DNA of 63,788 nt, counting the filler, from Malacoraja senta (Eukaryota): NCBI GenBank assembly GCA_038087875.1. It is 3 parts of 3 records of this genome, joined end to end, with 100 filler letters (N's around TTAATTAATTAA, not from the genome) between each part and the next. Parts side by side here need not be neighbours in the genome. Positions count along the whole stretch, not along the records: positions 30,908 to 58,999 come from JAXLNO010001569.1; 2 more parts are not named here. One strand, given 5' to 3'. Position 1 is the first letter of the stretch, and the number at the start of each line of letters is the position of its first letter. Positions 37,887 to 50,900 of this stretch are shown here, in pieces. Position numbers and translations under genes: made by a program. The notes under the pieces were generated by a model. It made no database searches, was not told the origin of the DNA, and saw nothing but the letters and a program-made list of their open reading frames with translations.

Positions 37887-39884
37887 CGTACTTTCAAGAG
37901 AGAGTTAGATTTAGCCCTTAAGGCTAAAGGAATCAAGGGATATGGGGGAAAAGATTAGTTAAAACAAATGAAGGTCCCTTGCAGTCAGAAACAGGTGAAT
38001 TGATCATGGGGAACAAGGACATGGCAGACCAATTGAATAACTACTTTGGTTCTGTCTTCACTAAGGAAGACTTAATTAACTGCCGGAAACAGCAGGGGAC
38101 CGGGGGTCAAATGAGATGGAGGAACTGAGTGAAATCTAGGTTAGCCGGGAAGTGGTGTTAAGTGAATTGAATGGATTAAAGGCCGATAAATCCCCATGGG
38201 CCAGATAGGCTGCATCCCAGAGTACTTAAGGAAGTAGCCCCAGAAATAGTGGATGCATTAGTGATAATTTTTCAAAACTCTTTAGATTCTGGAGTAGTTC
38301 CTGAGGATTGGAGGGTAGATAATGTAACCCCACTTTTTAAAAAGGGAGGGAGAGAGAAAACGGGGAATTACAGACCAGTTAGTCTAACATCAGTAGTGGG
38401 GAAACTGCTAGAGTCAGTTATTAAAGATGGGATAGCAGCACATTGGAAAAATGGTGAAATCATTGGACAAAGTCAGCATGGATTTATGAAGGGTAAATCA
38501 TGTCGGACGAACCTTATAGAATTTTTCGAGGATGTAACTAGTAGAGTGGATAAGGGAGAACCAGTAGATGTGTTATATCTGGACTTTCAGAAGACTTTCG
38601 ACAAGGTCCCACATAAGAGATTAATATACAAACTTAAAGCACACAGTATTGGGGGTTCAGTATTGATGTGGATAGAGAACTGGCTGGCAGACAGGAAGCA
38701 AAGAGTAGGAGTAAACGGGTCCTTTTCAGAATGGCAGGCAGTGACTAGTGGGGTACCGCAAGGCTCAGTGCTGGGACCCCAGCTATTTACAATATATATT
38801 AATGATTTGGACAAGGGAATTGAATGCAACATCTCCAAGTTTTCGGATGACACGAAGCTGGGGGGCAGTGTTAGCTGTGAGGAGGGTGCTAGGAGGCTGC
38901 AAGGTGACTTGAATAGGCTGGGTGGGTGGGCAAATGCATGGCAGATGCAGTATAATGTGGATAAATGTGTGGTTATCCACTTTGGTGGCAAAAACAGGAA
39001 AGTAGACTATTACCTGAATGGTGGCCGATTAGGAAAAGGGGAGATGCAACGAGACCTGGGTGTCATGGTACACCAGTCATTGAAAGTAGGCATGCAGGTG
39101 CAGCAGGCAGTGAAGAAAGCGAATGGTATGTTAGCATTCATAGCAAAAGGATTTGAGTATAGGAGCAGGGAGGTTCTACTGCAGTTGTTCAGGGTCTTGG
39201 TGAGACCACAGCTGGAGTATTGCCTACAGTTTTGGTCTCCTAATCTGAGGAAGGACATTCTTGCCATAGAGGGAGTACAGAGAAGGTTCACCAGACTGAT
39301 TCCTGGGATGTCAGGACTTTCATATGAAGAAAGACTGGATAGACTCGCCTTGTACTCGCTAGAATTTAGAAGATTGAGGGGGGATCTTATAGAAACTTAC
39401 AACATTCTTAAGGGGTTGGACAGGCTAGATGCAGGAAGATTGTTCCTGATGTTGGGGAAGTCCAGAACAAGGGGTCACAGTTTAAGGATAAAGGGGAAAT
39501 CTTTTAGGACTGAGATGAGAAAAACATGTTTTACACAGAGTGGTGAATCTCTGGAATTCTCTGCCACAGAATGTACTTGAGGCCTGTTCATTGGCTATAG
39601 TTAAGAGGGAGTTAGATGTGTTCCTTGTGGCTAAAGGGATCAGGGGGCATGGAGAGAAGGTAGGTACAGGATACTGAGTTGGATGATCGGCCATGATCAT
39701 ATTGAATGGCGGTGCAGGCTCGAAGGGCTGAATGGCCTGCTCCTGCACCTATTTTCTGTGTTTCTATGTTTATAAAAGCAGGAATGGGGTACAGATTCTA
39801 GATGCAGGCATGATCATATTGAATGGCGGTGGTGGCTCGAATGGCCGAATGGCCTACTCCTGCGCCATTTTTCTATGTTTCTAT
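37887..39884 (+). mobile_element. CR1 (HER1-like) LINE, 5' truncated, with an open RT ORF at 38249-39580
   Basis: 443-aa ORF with VLYLDFQKTFDKVPH, GVPQGSVLGP and FSDDTK; (CTATGTTT)n-type tail. Confidence 0.95.
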
Positions 39885-40360
39885 AATTAGTATACATTCG
39901 GCTAATTGTGGTGTTTCTTGAAAACACGAAGACGAGAGAATGTAAAGGATCTGCAGAACAACTAAAAGACTGCAGAAAGCAGCTTGAAAAGAAGGCTCTT
40001 CATCTATAAAACATAATTATGTTTTATTCAGCTATCATTGTTTGTAGAGTTTCTTATTGGAATGAAAACATCATCCAAGTTTTGACCCTTCCTTATTACT
40101 CCTGGTCCCAGGGGCATGGTTGGCATTAGCTCATTACCTTCATCCTAATAAAGGGTTGTTGTTCACAGTTGTGCCTCGATTTTTATCAATTATAACCTTG
40201 AGTTCACAAACTGTTTGTCTCTGGGCTAAAGTTCACAGACTCTCCTTTTCAAGGAGTGAGCAGTTTTGAGCAAACTGACTTCAACAAATCTTTACAAATT
40301 CCATCAACCCCCCACTTTGATTCATCAATCAATGCCAGAGGGAATGAATCATCTAAGTAA

Positions 40361-41027
40361 AGGGGCCTGTCCAACTTACGTGTCCTTGGAACGCAAATTA
40401 CGCGTTGAGCCACGATGGTCCGGCGAAGGTCAGGCGCGATTACATGCGTACGTACAGCCGTCTGGAGCACGTGACTTCATTTGAAGATGGACACAAAGCT
40501 GGAGTAACTCAGCAGGATCGGCAGCATCTCTGGAGAGAAGGAATGGATGTCGTTTCGTGTCGAGACTCTTCTTCAGTCTGAAAAGAAGGGTCTTGACCCG
40601 AAACGTCACCCATTGCTTCTCTCCAGAGATGCTGCCGGTCCCGCTCAGTTACTCCTGCATTTTGTGTCTATCTTCAATTTTCTTGGCCCCATCTCTGGGA
40701 GTAGAAGTGGGGGCGGATCCGGACCGCAACGGCCGTGAGCCCCAGGCCGAGTTCGGCGATCATTTGCCTGCTTCTGCTGCTGTTGAAAGTGAGACTTTGC
40801 GTCGCGCCAGGGTCTTGGGCCTGTCCCACTTTGGCCGTCAGTTGGCGCGCGAAGATTTTGTTCACCACAAAATTTTCGGAGCCCCGCGCAGTGTCGCGCA
40901 CAACTACATACCCCTCCGCGCTTCTCAGTGGGACCAGCCCCGCGCGGCCATACAGTGCCCGTACGCCTCAAGCGACCACGAGGTCGCATAATTTGTGTGC
41001 CAAGGACACGTAAGTGGGACAGGCCCT
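40361..41027. mobile_element. Harbinger-like MITE with a nested Penelope-derived repeat
   Basis: Termini AGGGGCCTGTCCAACTTACGTGTCCTTGG ... CCAAGGACACGTAAGTGGGACAGGCCCT; insert at about 40485-40680. Confidence 0.8.
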
Positions 41028-41984
41028 TGAGAATACCAAGGAAAGTTAGCGCAGCTACACATCACTGGATATCTTTAACCTGTTCAATGCCACCGCCGAG
41101 TACACTAGGGATCATGGCCAATAGTGAAAAATAAACTTGGCAGTGAACAGCTTAATGGTCTCCATATTTTAGAGAAAGCCTTCAATGTCCATGAGGGGTG
41201 AGCCTTATTATATCCATGTTTCTCTAAATATAGGAAGCACTTTTGTGGTAAAAGATGGGGCAGCTCGGGCCTCGAAAAGATCCAACCTTATGTGCAGCTT
41301 TACATTTGTTTATATGCAATAAGCAAAAAGAACACAATAGAAGATAAAACATGATAATAACTATAAGCAAAGCCAAGAGATCGTGGCCTTACACGAGTTG
41401 CTGCCTTGCAGCACCAGAGACCCTGGTTTGAACCTGACTACGAGTGGTGACTGTACGGAGTTTGCATGTTCTCCCCATAACCTGTGTGGCTTTTCTCTGA
41501 GATGTAGGTAAATTGGCTTGGTATAAATGTAAATTGTCCCTAGTGTGGGCTGAAGGGCCTGTTTCAGCAATGTATCTCCAAAGCAGTGGTTCTTAACCTG
41601 GGGGTCGTTTGTGGTTTTTCTGGGGGGTCATGAATGGGTTGAAAAGAACATCAATTTGTTGAGCCTATTTTTAGGAACCTAACAAAGGTACATACCACAC
41701 ACAGTATTTTGTTCACGAATGCACGTACGTATAAACAGGGCCTATGAGAGGGGGGTGCAGGGGATACATCGTACCCGGGAGCTGAAGGAGGGGGAACGGG
41801 AATTTCCTGAAATCTCAGAAAATGTTTGCAGATATTTTGTGAAGACTAGCATTCACATTTTGTGTGAGCCGACATAGTTTTATATATCGTAATTCGTAGA
41901 AATTGTGATCCATAATAAAGCAGGGAATTTTAACTGGCGAGTGTGTGGTCGGGGTAACCTGATTAAAAGAGGGGGAAGGGGAAG

Positions 41985-42540
41985 ATCCATCACGACTGAT
42001 GGATCTTCCCTGCAGGAGGGGGGGGGGGGTGCAGCATTAGGACCCAACAGTCATCACTACTGATGGATCTTCCCTGTAGGAGGAGGGAGAACATGAGGAC
42101 CCCACAGAGTCATCACTACTGATGGGTCTTCCCTGTAGGAGGAGGGGAGGTGCAGCATTAGGACCCAACAGAGTCATCACTACTGATGGGTCTTCCCTGT
42201 AGGAGGGGGGGAGCACTAGAACCCAGCAGAGTCATCACTACTGATGGATCTTCCCTGCAGGAGGGGGGGGGGTTGCAGCACTAGGACCCAACAGAGTCAT
42301 CACTACTGATGGGTCTTCCCTGCAGGAGAAGGAGGGGGAGAGCATGAGGACCCAACAGAGTCATCACTACTGATGGGTCTTCCCTGTAGGAGAAGGAGGG
42401 GGAGAGCATGAGGACCCCACAGAGTCATCACTACTGATGGATCTTCCCTGTTGGAGGAGGGGAGAGCACTAGAACCCAGCAGAGTCATCACTACTGATGG
42501 GTCTTCCATGTAGGAGGGGGGGAGCACTAGGAGCCAGCAA
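41985..42540. repeat. Minisatellite inside the hAT element, ~58-65 bp unit, 9 copies
   Basis: The core (gagt)catcactactgatgg(g/a)tcttccctg recurs 9 times. Confidence 0.92.
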
Positions 42541-42995
42541 TCAGACCATGTGCTGTCTGCATGGTTTAGGTTGTGGGCCTGGTGCTATGCCGGGAACTCT
42601 GGTGAGATGACGGCTCTGGCCCGCTGGTGGCCGGTGGAGAGGCGAGGGTCGGCAGAGTCGCTGGTGGGGAGCTGGAGTAGAGATATGGGCAGCAGCATCG
42701 GTGGCTTTCTGAAGACAGTGAAGGTCGGCAACAGTGGTTGCGGTGGCCCTGCCCGGGGAGGTGGTGAGAGTCGACAGCTGCGGCTGTTTCAGTGGTCCGG
42801 ACCTGGGTTTGGATCAGTATGTGGATGGGTGGGTGTGAGTGAAGGTGTGTGTGTGTGTGTGGATGTGTGTGGGTGTATGTGAGTAGGTGAGTGAGTGTCT
42901 GAGTGTATGTGTGTGTTCGTGGGAGGGTGAATTTTATAAATGAAGTTAAAACCATTAGATCTGTTGAACTTGTTAACAGACTATTGACTTGGTAA

Positions 42996-43145
42996 CCTGT
43001 TTCCAAATGTTTGTGTTGGCTTCAGAATACTATTAACAATTCCAGCAACAGTAGCTTCTACAGAGAGGTCATTTAGCAAACTCAAGCTGATTAAGGTCGA
43101 CAATGTCTCATGAACGTCTTGTGGATTTGGCCAGGCTAAGTATTC
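42996..43145 (+). mobile_element. C-terminal fragment of a second, different hAT transposase (dimerisation domain)
   Basis: LFPNVCVGFRILLTIPATVASTERSFSKLKLIK, then after a frameshift STMSHERLVDLARLSI. Confidence 0.8.
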
Positions 43146-46100
43146 AAAGTCAGTTTTATTCATCACATACACCCGAAGGTGCAGTGCAGTGAATTTGCCA
43201 GCAGTGATACACGTAAAAAGAACACACAATACACAATAAAATTGAACACAAACATCCACTACAGCATTTTTCACTGTGGTGGAAGGCAACAAGTTTCAGC
43301 AAGTCCTCCTCCTTTGTTCACCCGTGTTCGGGGCCATAACCCCTCCGTAGTCGCAACTAGGGACGGCCCGATGTACAAGGCCCTCTCGTTGGGATGATCC
43401 AAACTCCGATGTTGGGACGGACAAACGCACTCTGTGCGGCTTGGAGGTTCCGACTCGGCACTTTCCTACTGGAGACCGCAGCTGCAGGATGTTATAGGCC
43501 GCAGGCCAGCAGTTCTGCGGTTAAATATAAAAGGATGTTTCAATGTGTATTCTTTCTCCTTATCTGTATTGTAGCATAAACAAAGATGTTCAAAACAAAG
43601 CTAGATAAAATGCTGGAGAAACTCAACGGGTGAGGCAGCATCTATAGAGTGAAGGAAAACAAATGTGCTTTCTGATCCTTTTGTTTTATTTATACTTATT
43701 TATATTTATCATGGAGGGTGTATAGGGGCATAAGGCCTCAAATGCAGAAAATGAACAGAGCGCCCCATTCCACCCCTCTCTCAACTTCCATACCCCTTTT
43801 TGCCGTGCAGGCTACAGCTCATGGCATAAAACTGTAGCATAGTGGATAAAAACAGGATGACTATTGGAGAAGGGAAGGGGGCCCAATAGATACTTTGTAC
43901 CCACTGATAAAATTCCTCTGAGGCCCTGCGTATACACGCACAAACAGTGTGTGTTGTGAACCATGTCTTCCAAGATGCGCATGTATCGTGAGGCATTTCC
44001 CAAGTTGGGCTTCACAAGCATTGTTCAAAATCCGTGGTCAAGCTGCAATGTGTTCTCTGTGCCGAGGTGTTGAGTCACGAGAGCATGAAGCCCAGCAAAC
44101 TGAAGATCCATTTGGTGTCTTGTCACAGTAACCTGGCGGGGAAGAGCGTGGACTGTTCAAACGAAAAGAAGCCGTACTCAAGGTTTCTCGCATCTATTCA
44201 ACGGGTCACTGCGCTCATCAAAATGAAGCAGCGTTGGAGGCTTCATACCGGATTGCTTATCGAATCACACAGACTAAGAAACCTCACAGCATCGGTGAAG
44301 AGCTTATCAAGCCATGCCTTCTCGAAGCAGCAAAGTTGGTGCTGGGGGAAGAGCAGTCAAACAAGTTCAGGCAGATTTCCCTTTTGAATGACACAGTCAA
44401 AAGTTGAATCTCGGAAATGAGTAATGATATTCTGCTGCAAGTAGTGAGGGCTGTGACGAGCAGTCCAGTGTATTCACTGCAACTGGGCGAGTCAACAGAT
44501 GTTGCCTCATGTTCCCAACTGCTAGTCTACGTTTGTTACCTCAATGGAGTAGCCATGACGGAGGAGTACCTGTTCTCGGAGCCATTGGCTACTACCACTC
44601 GGGGAGAAGATGTGTTCAGAATGCTGGAAGCCTTCCTCATCAAACATGAGCTTGGCTGGGAACGCCTTGTCGGGATGTGTACAGTTGGGGCACCTTCCAT
44701 GGTCGGTTGCAGATCCAGTTTCCAAGCCTTCGTGAAGGATGTCGCTCCCCATGTCTCCTTCACCCACTGCATGATACATCGCCATGCTTTAGCAATGAAG
44801 ACTCTCCCTCTTGGTCTTCGAGAAGTGCTTTCAGATGTGGTGAAGATTGTGAACCACATCCGAGAGAGTGCAACAAACTCAAGAATCTTCAAGCGATGTG
44901 TGAAGAAATGGGCGCCGATTTCACTATTCTGTTATTCCACACAGAGGTGCGCTGGCTTTTGCGTGGTAAAGTTCTCAATCATGTGATTCAACGTTGAGAG
45001 GAAATAGTGCTGTTCTTGGAGAGAAGGGGTACTGAGAAGGAGAATCAGCTTCATGAAAAGATGCAGGATGAACTGTTCGTGATGAAGGTTGCTTACTTGG
45101 CTGACTTCTTCGCCGAGGTGAATTCCTTGAACCTGTCACTTCAAGGAAACCTCCCAATGGCAATGTGGCAGCATTCAGGAGGAACCTTTACCAGAGAAGA
45201 GTCCAGGACGGTGACTCGACTATCTTCCCTGAAATGACAACTCTCCTGGATGCTATGCCTGATGCTGAATGCCACTTCCACGAGGAGATCTCAACCCACC
45301 TTCTGGCAATTAGTGAAGCCATCGAACGTTATTTCCCCGGACTGGACGACCGCTCTTGTGATCAGTGGATCATCCGACCCTTTTCCGTTGAAGACGGTGG
45401 CATCAGTGATACTGACGTGACTGCGAAGGTTGAATTTTACCGAATTCGTGGAGATGCGCAACTCAAGAGTGACTTCATGGAACAAGAGCTCGCCACGTTT
45501 TGGCTGAAAGTGAAGGACTGTCCTGCTCTTTCGAAGAGGGCCCTGACCCTATTGGTCCAGTCCCCCTCAACCTCTCACTGTGAGGGTGGATTCTCAACTA
45601 TGGTAACTCTGAAAACGAAGGTACGCAATAGGCTTGTGATCGACACTGACATGAGATGCTGCCTGTCGAGCATTCGTCCATGTTTTGATTGCCTGATGAC
45701 TGCGAAGCAATTTCAGACATCCCATTGACTGAGCATTGGCAGACATGTTTTAATAAATCGGGCTGTTTTTTTTCAAATTTTGTTTTAGAGGTCACGGTAC
45801 TGATCAAGAATGCCTGATGGGGTCGTGGGGCCAAAAAGATTAAGAACCACTGCTCTAAAGCTTAAAACTAAAGGGGCTAATAAAGGCCACAAAGTGGCTT
45901 TAGTGAGACGGATTACAGAAAATTCCACATCTTTTTCAAGGTTTCATGGTTAGTTTATTGTCACATATACCAATTAAGGTACATTGAAATGCAGACTACC
46001 ATACACCATACAAAAAGAAAGCAACAAGACACACAATAACGTAAAAGTTAACATAAACATCCACAACAGAGGAGCCCGCACGTTCCTCACTGTGATGGAA

Positions 46101-46754
46101 GGCAATAAAGTCTAATCTCCTTCCTCTTTATCTCCCACGGTCGGGGCAGTCAAACAATCTGCAGTCGGTGGTCGAAACCCCCGTTGGGGAATCGAAACTC
46201 CCGCGTCGGAGCGGTCGGAGCGGTCGAAACTCCTGCGGCTTGGAGGTCCCGGATGTTGGTCTCGACCGGGGACCGTGGGCTCCGCGATGTTAAAGTCTTG
46301 CAGGCTCTCACAGTTGGAGCTCTAAAGTCGATCCCTGACAAGGATTGCGAGCTCCATGATGGTAAGTCCACAGGCTCCTGCGATGGATCTCCCGGTCGAT
46401 CTCTAGCAAAGGCCGCCATTCCTCAATGTTAGGCTGCATTGTGGACGGAGATACGATACAGAAAATATCACATCTACGTCGAGGTAAGAGATTAGGAAAA
46501 GTTTCCCACAACTCCCCCAACCCCCACCCCCAAAACAAGCTAAAGAACACTAAAGAATATACATTTAACACGTACAAAACAGACACAAGGAAGGAAGGGA
46601 CAGACATACTGTTGGCGAGGCAACCATTGCAGCAAAAGGTGGATTGCTTAAGGATATAGAAGGGAATATGTGCTTGGAGTTTGTGGATATAGGCGAGGTT
46701 TGGTTTCACCAAGGAAGACATGTAGAATAGTAAGGACCATTAATAGTAAGTACA

Positions 46755-47557
46755 TCATAAAATCCTCCAACATTTTTGCCACCTCCAACGGGATCCCACT
46801 ACTGGTCACATCTTCCCATCTCCACCCCTTTCTGCTTTCCGCAGAGACCGTTCCCTCCGAAACTCCCTGGTCAACTCGTCCCTTCACACCCAAACCACCT
46901 GCTCTCCGGATACTTTCCCCTGCAACCGCAGGAGATGCAACACCTGTCCCTTTACGTCCCCCCTCGACTCCGTCCAAGGACCTAAAGTCTTTCCAGGTGA
47001 GGCAGAAGTTCACTTGCACCTCTTCCAACCTCATCTACTGTATCCGCTGTTTCAGTTGTCAACTTCTCTACATCAGTGAGACCAAGCGCAGGCTCGACGA
47101 TCGTTTTGCTGAACACTTCCCCTCAGTCCGTCTTACCCTACCCGATCTCCCGGTGGCTCAGCACTTCAACTCCCCCTCCCATTCCCAATCTGACCTTTCT
47201 GTCCTGGGCCTCCTCCATTGTCAGAGTGAGGCCCAGCCCAAATTGGAGGAACAGCACCCCATATTTCGCTTGGGTAGTCTATACTCCAGCGGTATGAACA
47301 TTGACTTCTATAACTTTCGATAACCCTTGATTTCTCTCTCCATCCCCTCCCCCTTCCCAATTCTGCCACCAGTCTTACTGTCTCCGCCGACATTCTATCT
47401 TTGTCCCTCCCCTGACATCAGTCTGAAGAAGGGTCTCGACCCAAAACAATGCCCATTCCATCTCTCCAGGGAAGCTGCCTGACCCGCTGAGTTACCCCAG
47501 CATTTTGTGTCTCTCTACGATTTTAACATCTGCAGCATCTGCAGTTCTTTCTTACAC
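46755..47557 (+). mobile_element. Penelope-like element 3' part (GIY-YIG)
   Basis: ORF 46670-47323: LIYCIRC...LYISETKRRLDDRFAEH...IFRLGSL, followed by the terminal repeat. Confidence 0.9.
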
Positions 47558-47684
47558 ATGGAGAATCAATGTGGAGAATGCTAACATGCAGGGACACTTT
47601 GAAGTTAAGTAAGAAGGAGATGTTGGATCACTTGAAGAGAAATGTGGATAAATCCCCAGGACAGAGGGGGTGTAGTGGATGATA

Positions 47685-47905
47685 ATAATAATCGTTGAAA
47701 ACATTAGTGCCGTGCTGGTTTCCAACGGGCACGGTGATGGACGCACCACACATCTCTGTCCTCCATGCAGCTGGCAAGCTCCTCTTTTGTCTCTACACAT
47801 GCGTCTTCCATCAACGTCTTCAACATCGTCTTGAATGGCCATCCTGGGTCAAGTCTTCCATGGGTGGAAGACGCATGCCAGCAAACAGGCATGTCTGGCA
47901 TTTAA
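47685..47905 (-). mobile_element. RTE-clade LINE 3' end
   Basis: ...PGWPFKTMLKTLMEDA...LASCMEDRDVW... followed by an (ATT)n tail on minus. Confidence 0.6.
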
Positions 47906-50900
47906 CGAGCATTGATGTATATATTGTAGACTTTCGTCCCAAATATCTTTCGTTATGGGTTGGCCTAATTCATTTTCCCATGTGTGTCTATATAAATCCG
48001 TCAGCGGGACCTCACTATCTAAGAGGGTATTATAAATATGAGATATTAATTTTTCTGTATTAAGATTCAAGATTCAAGATTCAAGAAGTTTATTGCCATG
48101 TCAACTGAGTTGATAGGAATTTGACTTGCCATGCAGCACACAAATAAAGATTACAACAAAGAATTTAACAGTAAACATAAAAACATCCCCCCACAATGGT
48201 TCCCACTGTGGGGGAAGGCAGCAAAGTCCAGTCCCATCCCCAGTTCACCCATAGTCGGGGCCTATTGAGGCCTCTGCAGTCGCCGCTACGGCAGCCCGAT
48301 GCCTCAGGCCCTCTCGCCGGATGATGAAGCTCCGGCGTCGGGTGAACACTCTCAGCGGCCCGGAGTGTCTGGAGCGGCTGCCTCCTCCCAGTAGACCGCG
48401 GCTCCCGAAGTCCACGAGCCGCGCTGGTCGATGCCCCGACTCTGTCGACCTCGTCGTCAGATCCCAGGCTCCGCGGTGTTCCAAGCTCAGCGCCGCTGGA
48501 AGCTCCACTGACCGCAGACCGCAGCTCTGCGATGTTAGTGCCGGCCGTCACAGCACTCCGGAGCTTACTGCACAGCGACCCGGGTTAGGCATCGCCCGCT
48601 CCGCGATGGTGCTTCAGCGCTGTGCCGCCGCCGAAGCTGAAGTCCTGGCCGGTCCCGGCAGGAAAACGCCGCTCCAGATTGCCCGTAGGCCGCGAGGAAG
48701 GGGCGAAGATACGGCTCGGAGAAAAGCCGCATCTCCGACCAGGTAGGGACTGAGAAGAATAGTTTCCCCCTTCCCCCTACCCCCCCCCCACATAAAAAGA
48801 CTAAAAGATCTCCAACCAACACTCTCAACTAACTAAAAATTAAAAAAAGAGTGAAAAAACTAACAGCTGCTGGCGGGGCAGCCATATTCGACGGCACCCC
48901 CTGTTGATGTTATTAGGATGTTTATTCAAACATTCATCAAGGATTTCTGGTTCCCTAGTTCTGTAATCTTGTGTATTTGATTTAATGTAATCTCTAATTT
49001 GTAAATATCTGAAAAAGTTATTTGAGTGTGGTCCGTAAATCTGTTGTAACCCCTGAAATTAAAGAAAAGTGCCTTTCCTATAAAGATGTCCCATCTTTTT
49101 AATTCCTTAATTTTTCTATTGTGTAAAGCCTTTATCCAACATGGAGGGTTTGAATAAAGGGTTGTTTATAATGGGGAGACAGAGTGATAAATTATCCAAT
49201 TTTAAAGTCTTTTTTAATTGTTTCCAAATTCGTATACCACTATATATTATAGAATTTTCACTATAGGTTTTTTAATGCAATTTTGTGGGAGCAAACATAA
49301 TCGAACCAATTTCAAAAGGCAAACAGTCTTTCACTATTTTGTATGACTCAATGAGGTCCCCCCTTATTCTTCTAAACTCCAGCGAGTACAGGCCCACTGC
49401 CATCAAATGGTCATCATATGTTAACCGATTCATTCCTGGGATCATTCTTGTACACCTCCTCTGGACACTCTCCAGAGCCAGCACATCCTTCCTCAGATAT
49501 GGTGCCCAAAATTGCTCACAATGCTCCAAATGTGGCCTGACCGGTGCCTTATAGAACCTCAGCATTACATCCCTGTTTGACAGGGAGAAAGTGTAATTGA
49601 TGTCTTTCATATTAGTTAACCATGGATTTTCTTGACCACAGTTGACAGCCCCTAATGGGATTGCATGTCTATCACACATCTCAAAAGAGCACAGCATTAA
49701 GCTTCGAAGGGCAAAATTTACACGAGTTGTGCAGGTCAAGTGTTTTTTTGCACAGAGAGAGCTTGATACCTAGAATGCGCTACCAGGAGTGGTGGTAGAG
49801 GAAGACATGATAATGGTGCTTAAGAAGGTTTTGGACAGGCTTGTGAATGTGCAGCGAATACAAGGATATGGATCACATGCAGGCAGTGGAAATCAGTTTT
49901 GGTTTAGTTTAGAGATAGAGTATGGAAACAGGATCTTTGGGCCACTGAGTCTGCACTGACCAGCAATTGCCCATTCACTATTTTTGTCCTACAAGCTAGG
50001 GACAATTTACAGAAGCCAATTAACCTACAAACCTGCACGTCTTTTGTATTTGGGAGGAAACCGTAGCCCCCAGAGAAAACCCACAGGGTGACAGAGAGAA
50101 CGTACAAACTCCGTCCAGACAGCACTCTAGTCAGGATCGAACCCGGGTCTCTAATGCTGTAAGACAGCCATTCTATCACTGTGCCACTGTGTTGCCTTAG
50201 TTTAACTTGGTATCCTGTTCGACATGGACATTGCAGGCTGAAAGTCCTGTTCTTGTACTGTTCTATGTTCTATATATTCTCATTGGACAGGGCAGAGTTT
50301 TTCACTCCTCCAGCCTCCATGTTGAATACTTACTCCCAGTTTAAATCTGATTCAATTAGTCAATCCATTTCTCCCCCCCCTCCTGCCCTGATCCCCATTC
50401 TATATCTTGAAGTAGTCATTCCCTTTTTCGCTCCCTGGTCTGTCTACTATCCCCACAACTTTCCTCTACTTTCCTGTCTTGGTGCATGCAACATCTATCC
50501 ATTTACCTCTTCCCTTCCTACTGTCCATAGACCCAGGCAGTTCTTCAAAGTGAAACAGCGTGAAACACTTGCACTTCCAGTCAAATCTACTGCATTTGGT
50601 TTTCATGACGTAATCTTCCACATCGCATCAATGAAACAAATTGAGTGGCTGCGTTCTGGAGAACCCGCATTCAATCCATGGGACTTTCTAAGATTCCTAA
50701 TTCCTGCCACTTTAATTCTCCATTCAACACCCACCATGATCCATCCATCTGTACCTCTTACACTAGGATAACAAGGGTGAAAGTAACCTTGAGGACCAAC
50801 AACTCAGCTTCTACCTTGACATGTTGCAGCCTTTCACACTCAATTCCACGTTCAACAAGTTGTATTCCCTGTCAATAAAAGAACTGGTCATTTCATAAGT

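Larger units (their letters stand above)
41584..45852 (+). mobile_element. hAT DNA transposon (Charlie/Buster/SPIN-like), defective
   Basis: TIRs CAGTGGTTCTTAACCT / AAGATTAAGAACCACTG; 8-bp TSD CTCCAAAG / CTCTAAAG (7 of 8). Frameshifted transposase at about 43975-45728 (QLGESTDV, HCMIHRHAL, HTEVRW, CEGGFS). Inserted in a SINE tail. Confidence 0.95.

Noticed and set aside
41985-42540. CRISPR-like repeat/spacer appearance
   Set aside because: Eukaryotic context, the spacers are related to one another, no cas genes, and it lies inside a hAT element; it is a minisatellite.
43975-45728. Domesticated ZBED5/SCAND3-like host gene
   Set aside because: Multiple frameshifts with intact TIRs and TSD indicate a defective transposon copy.
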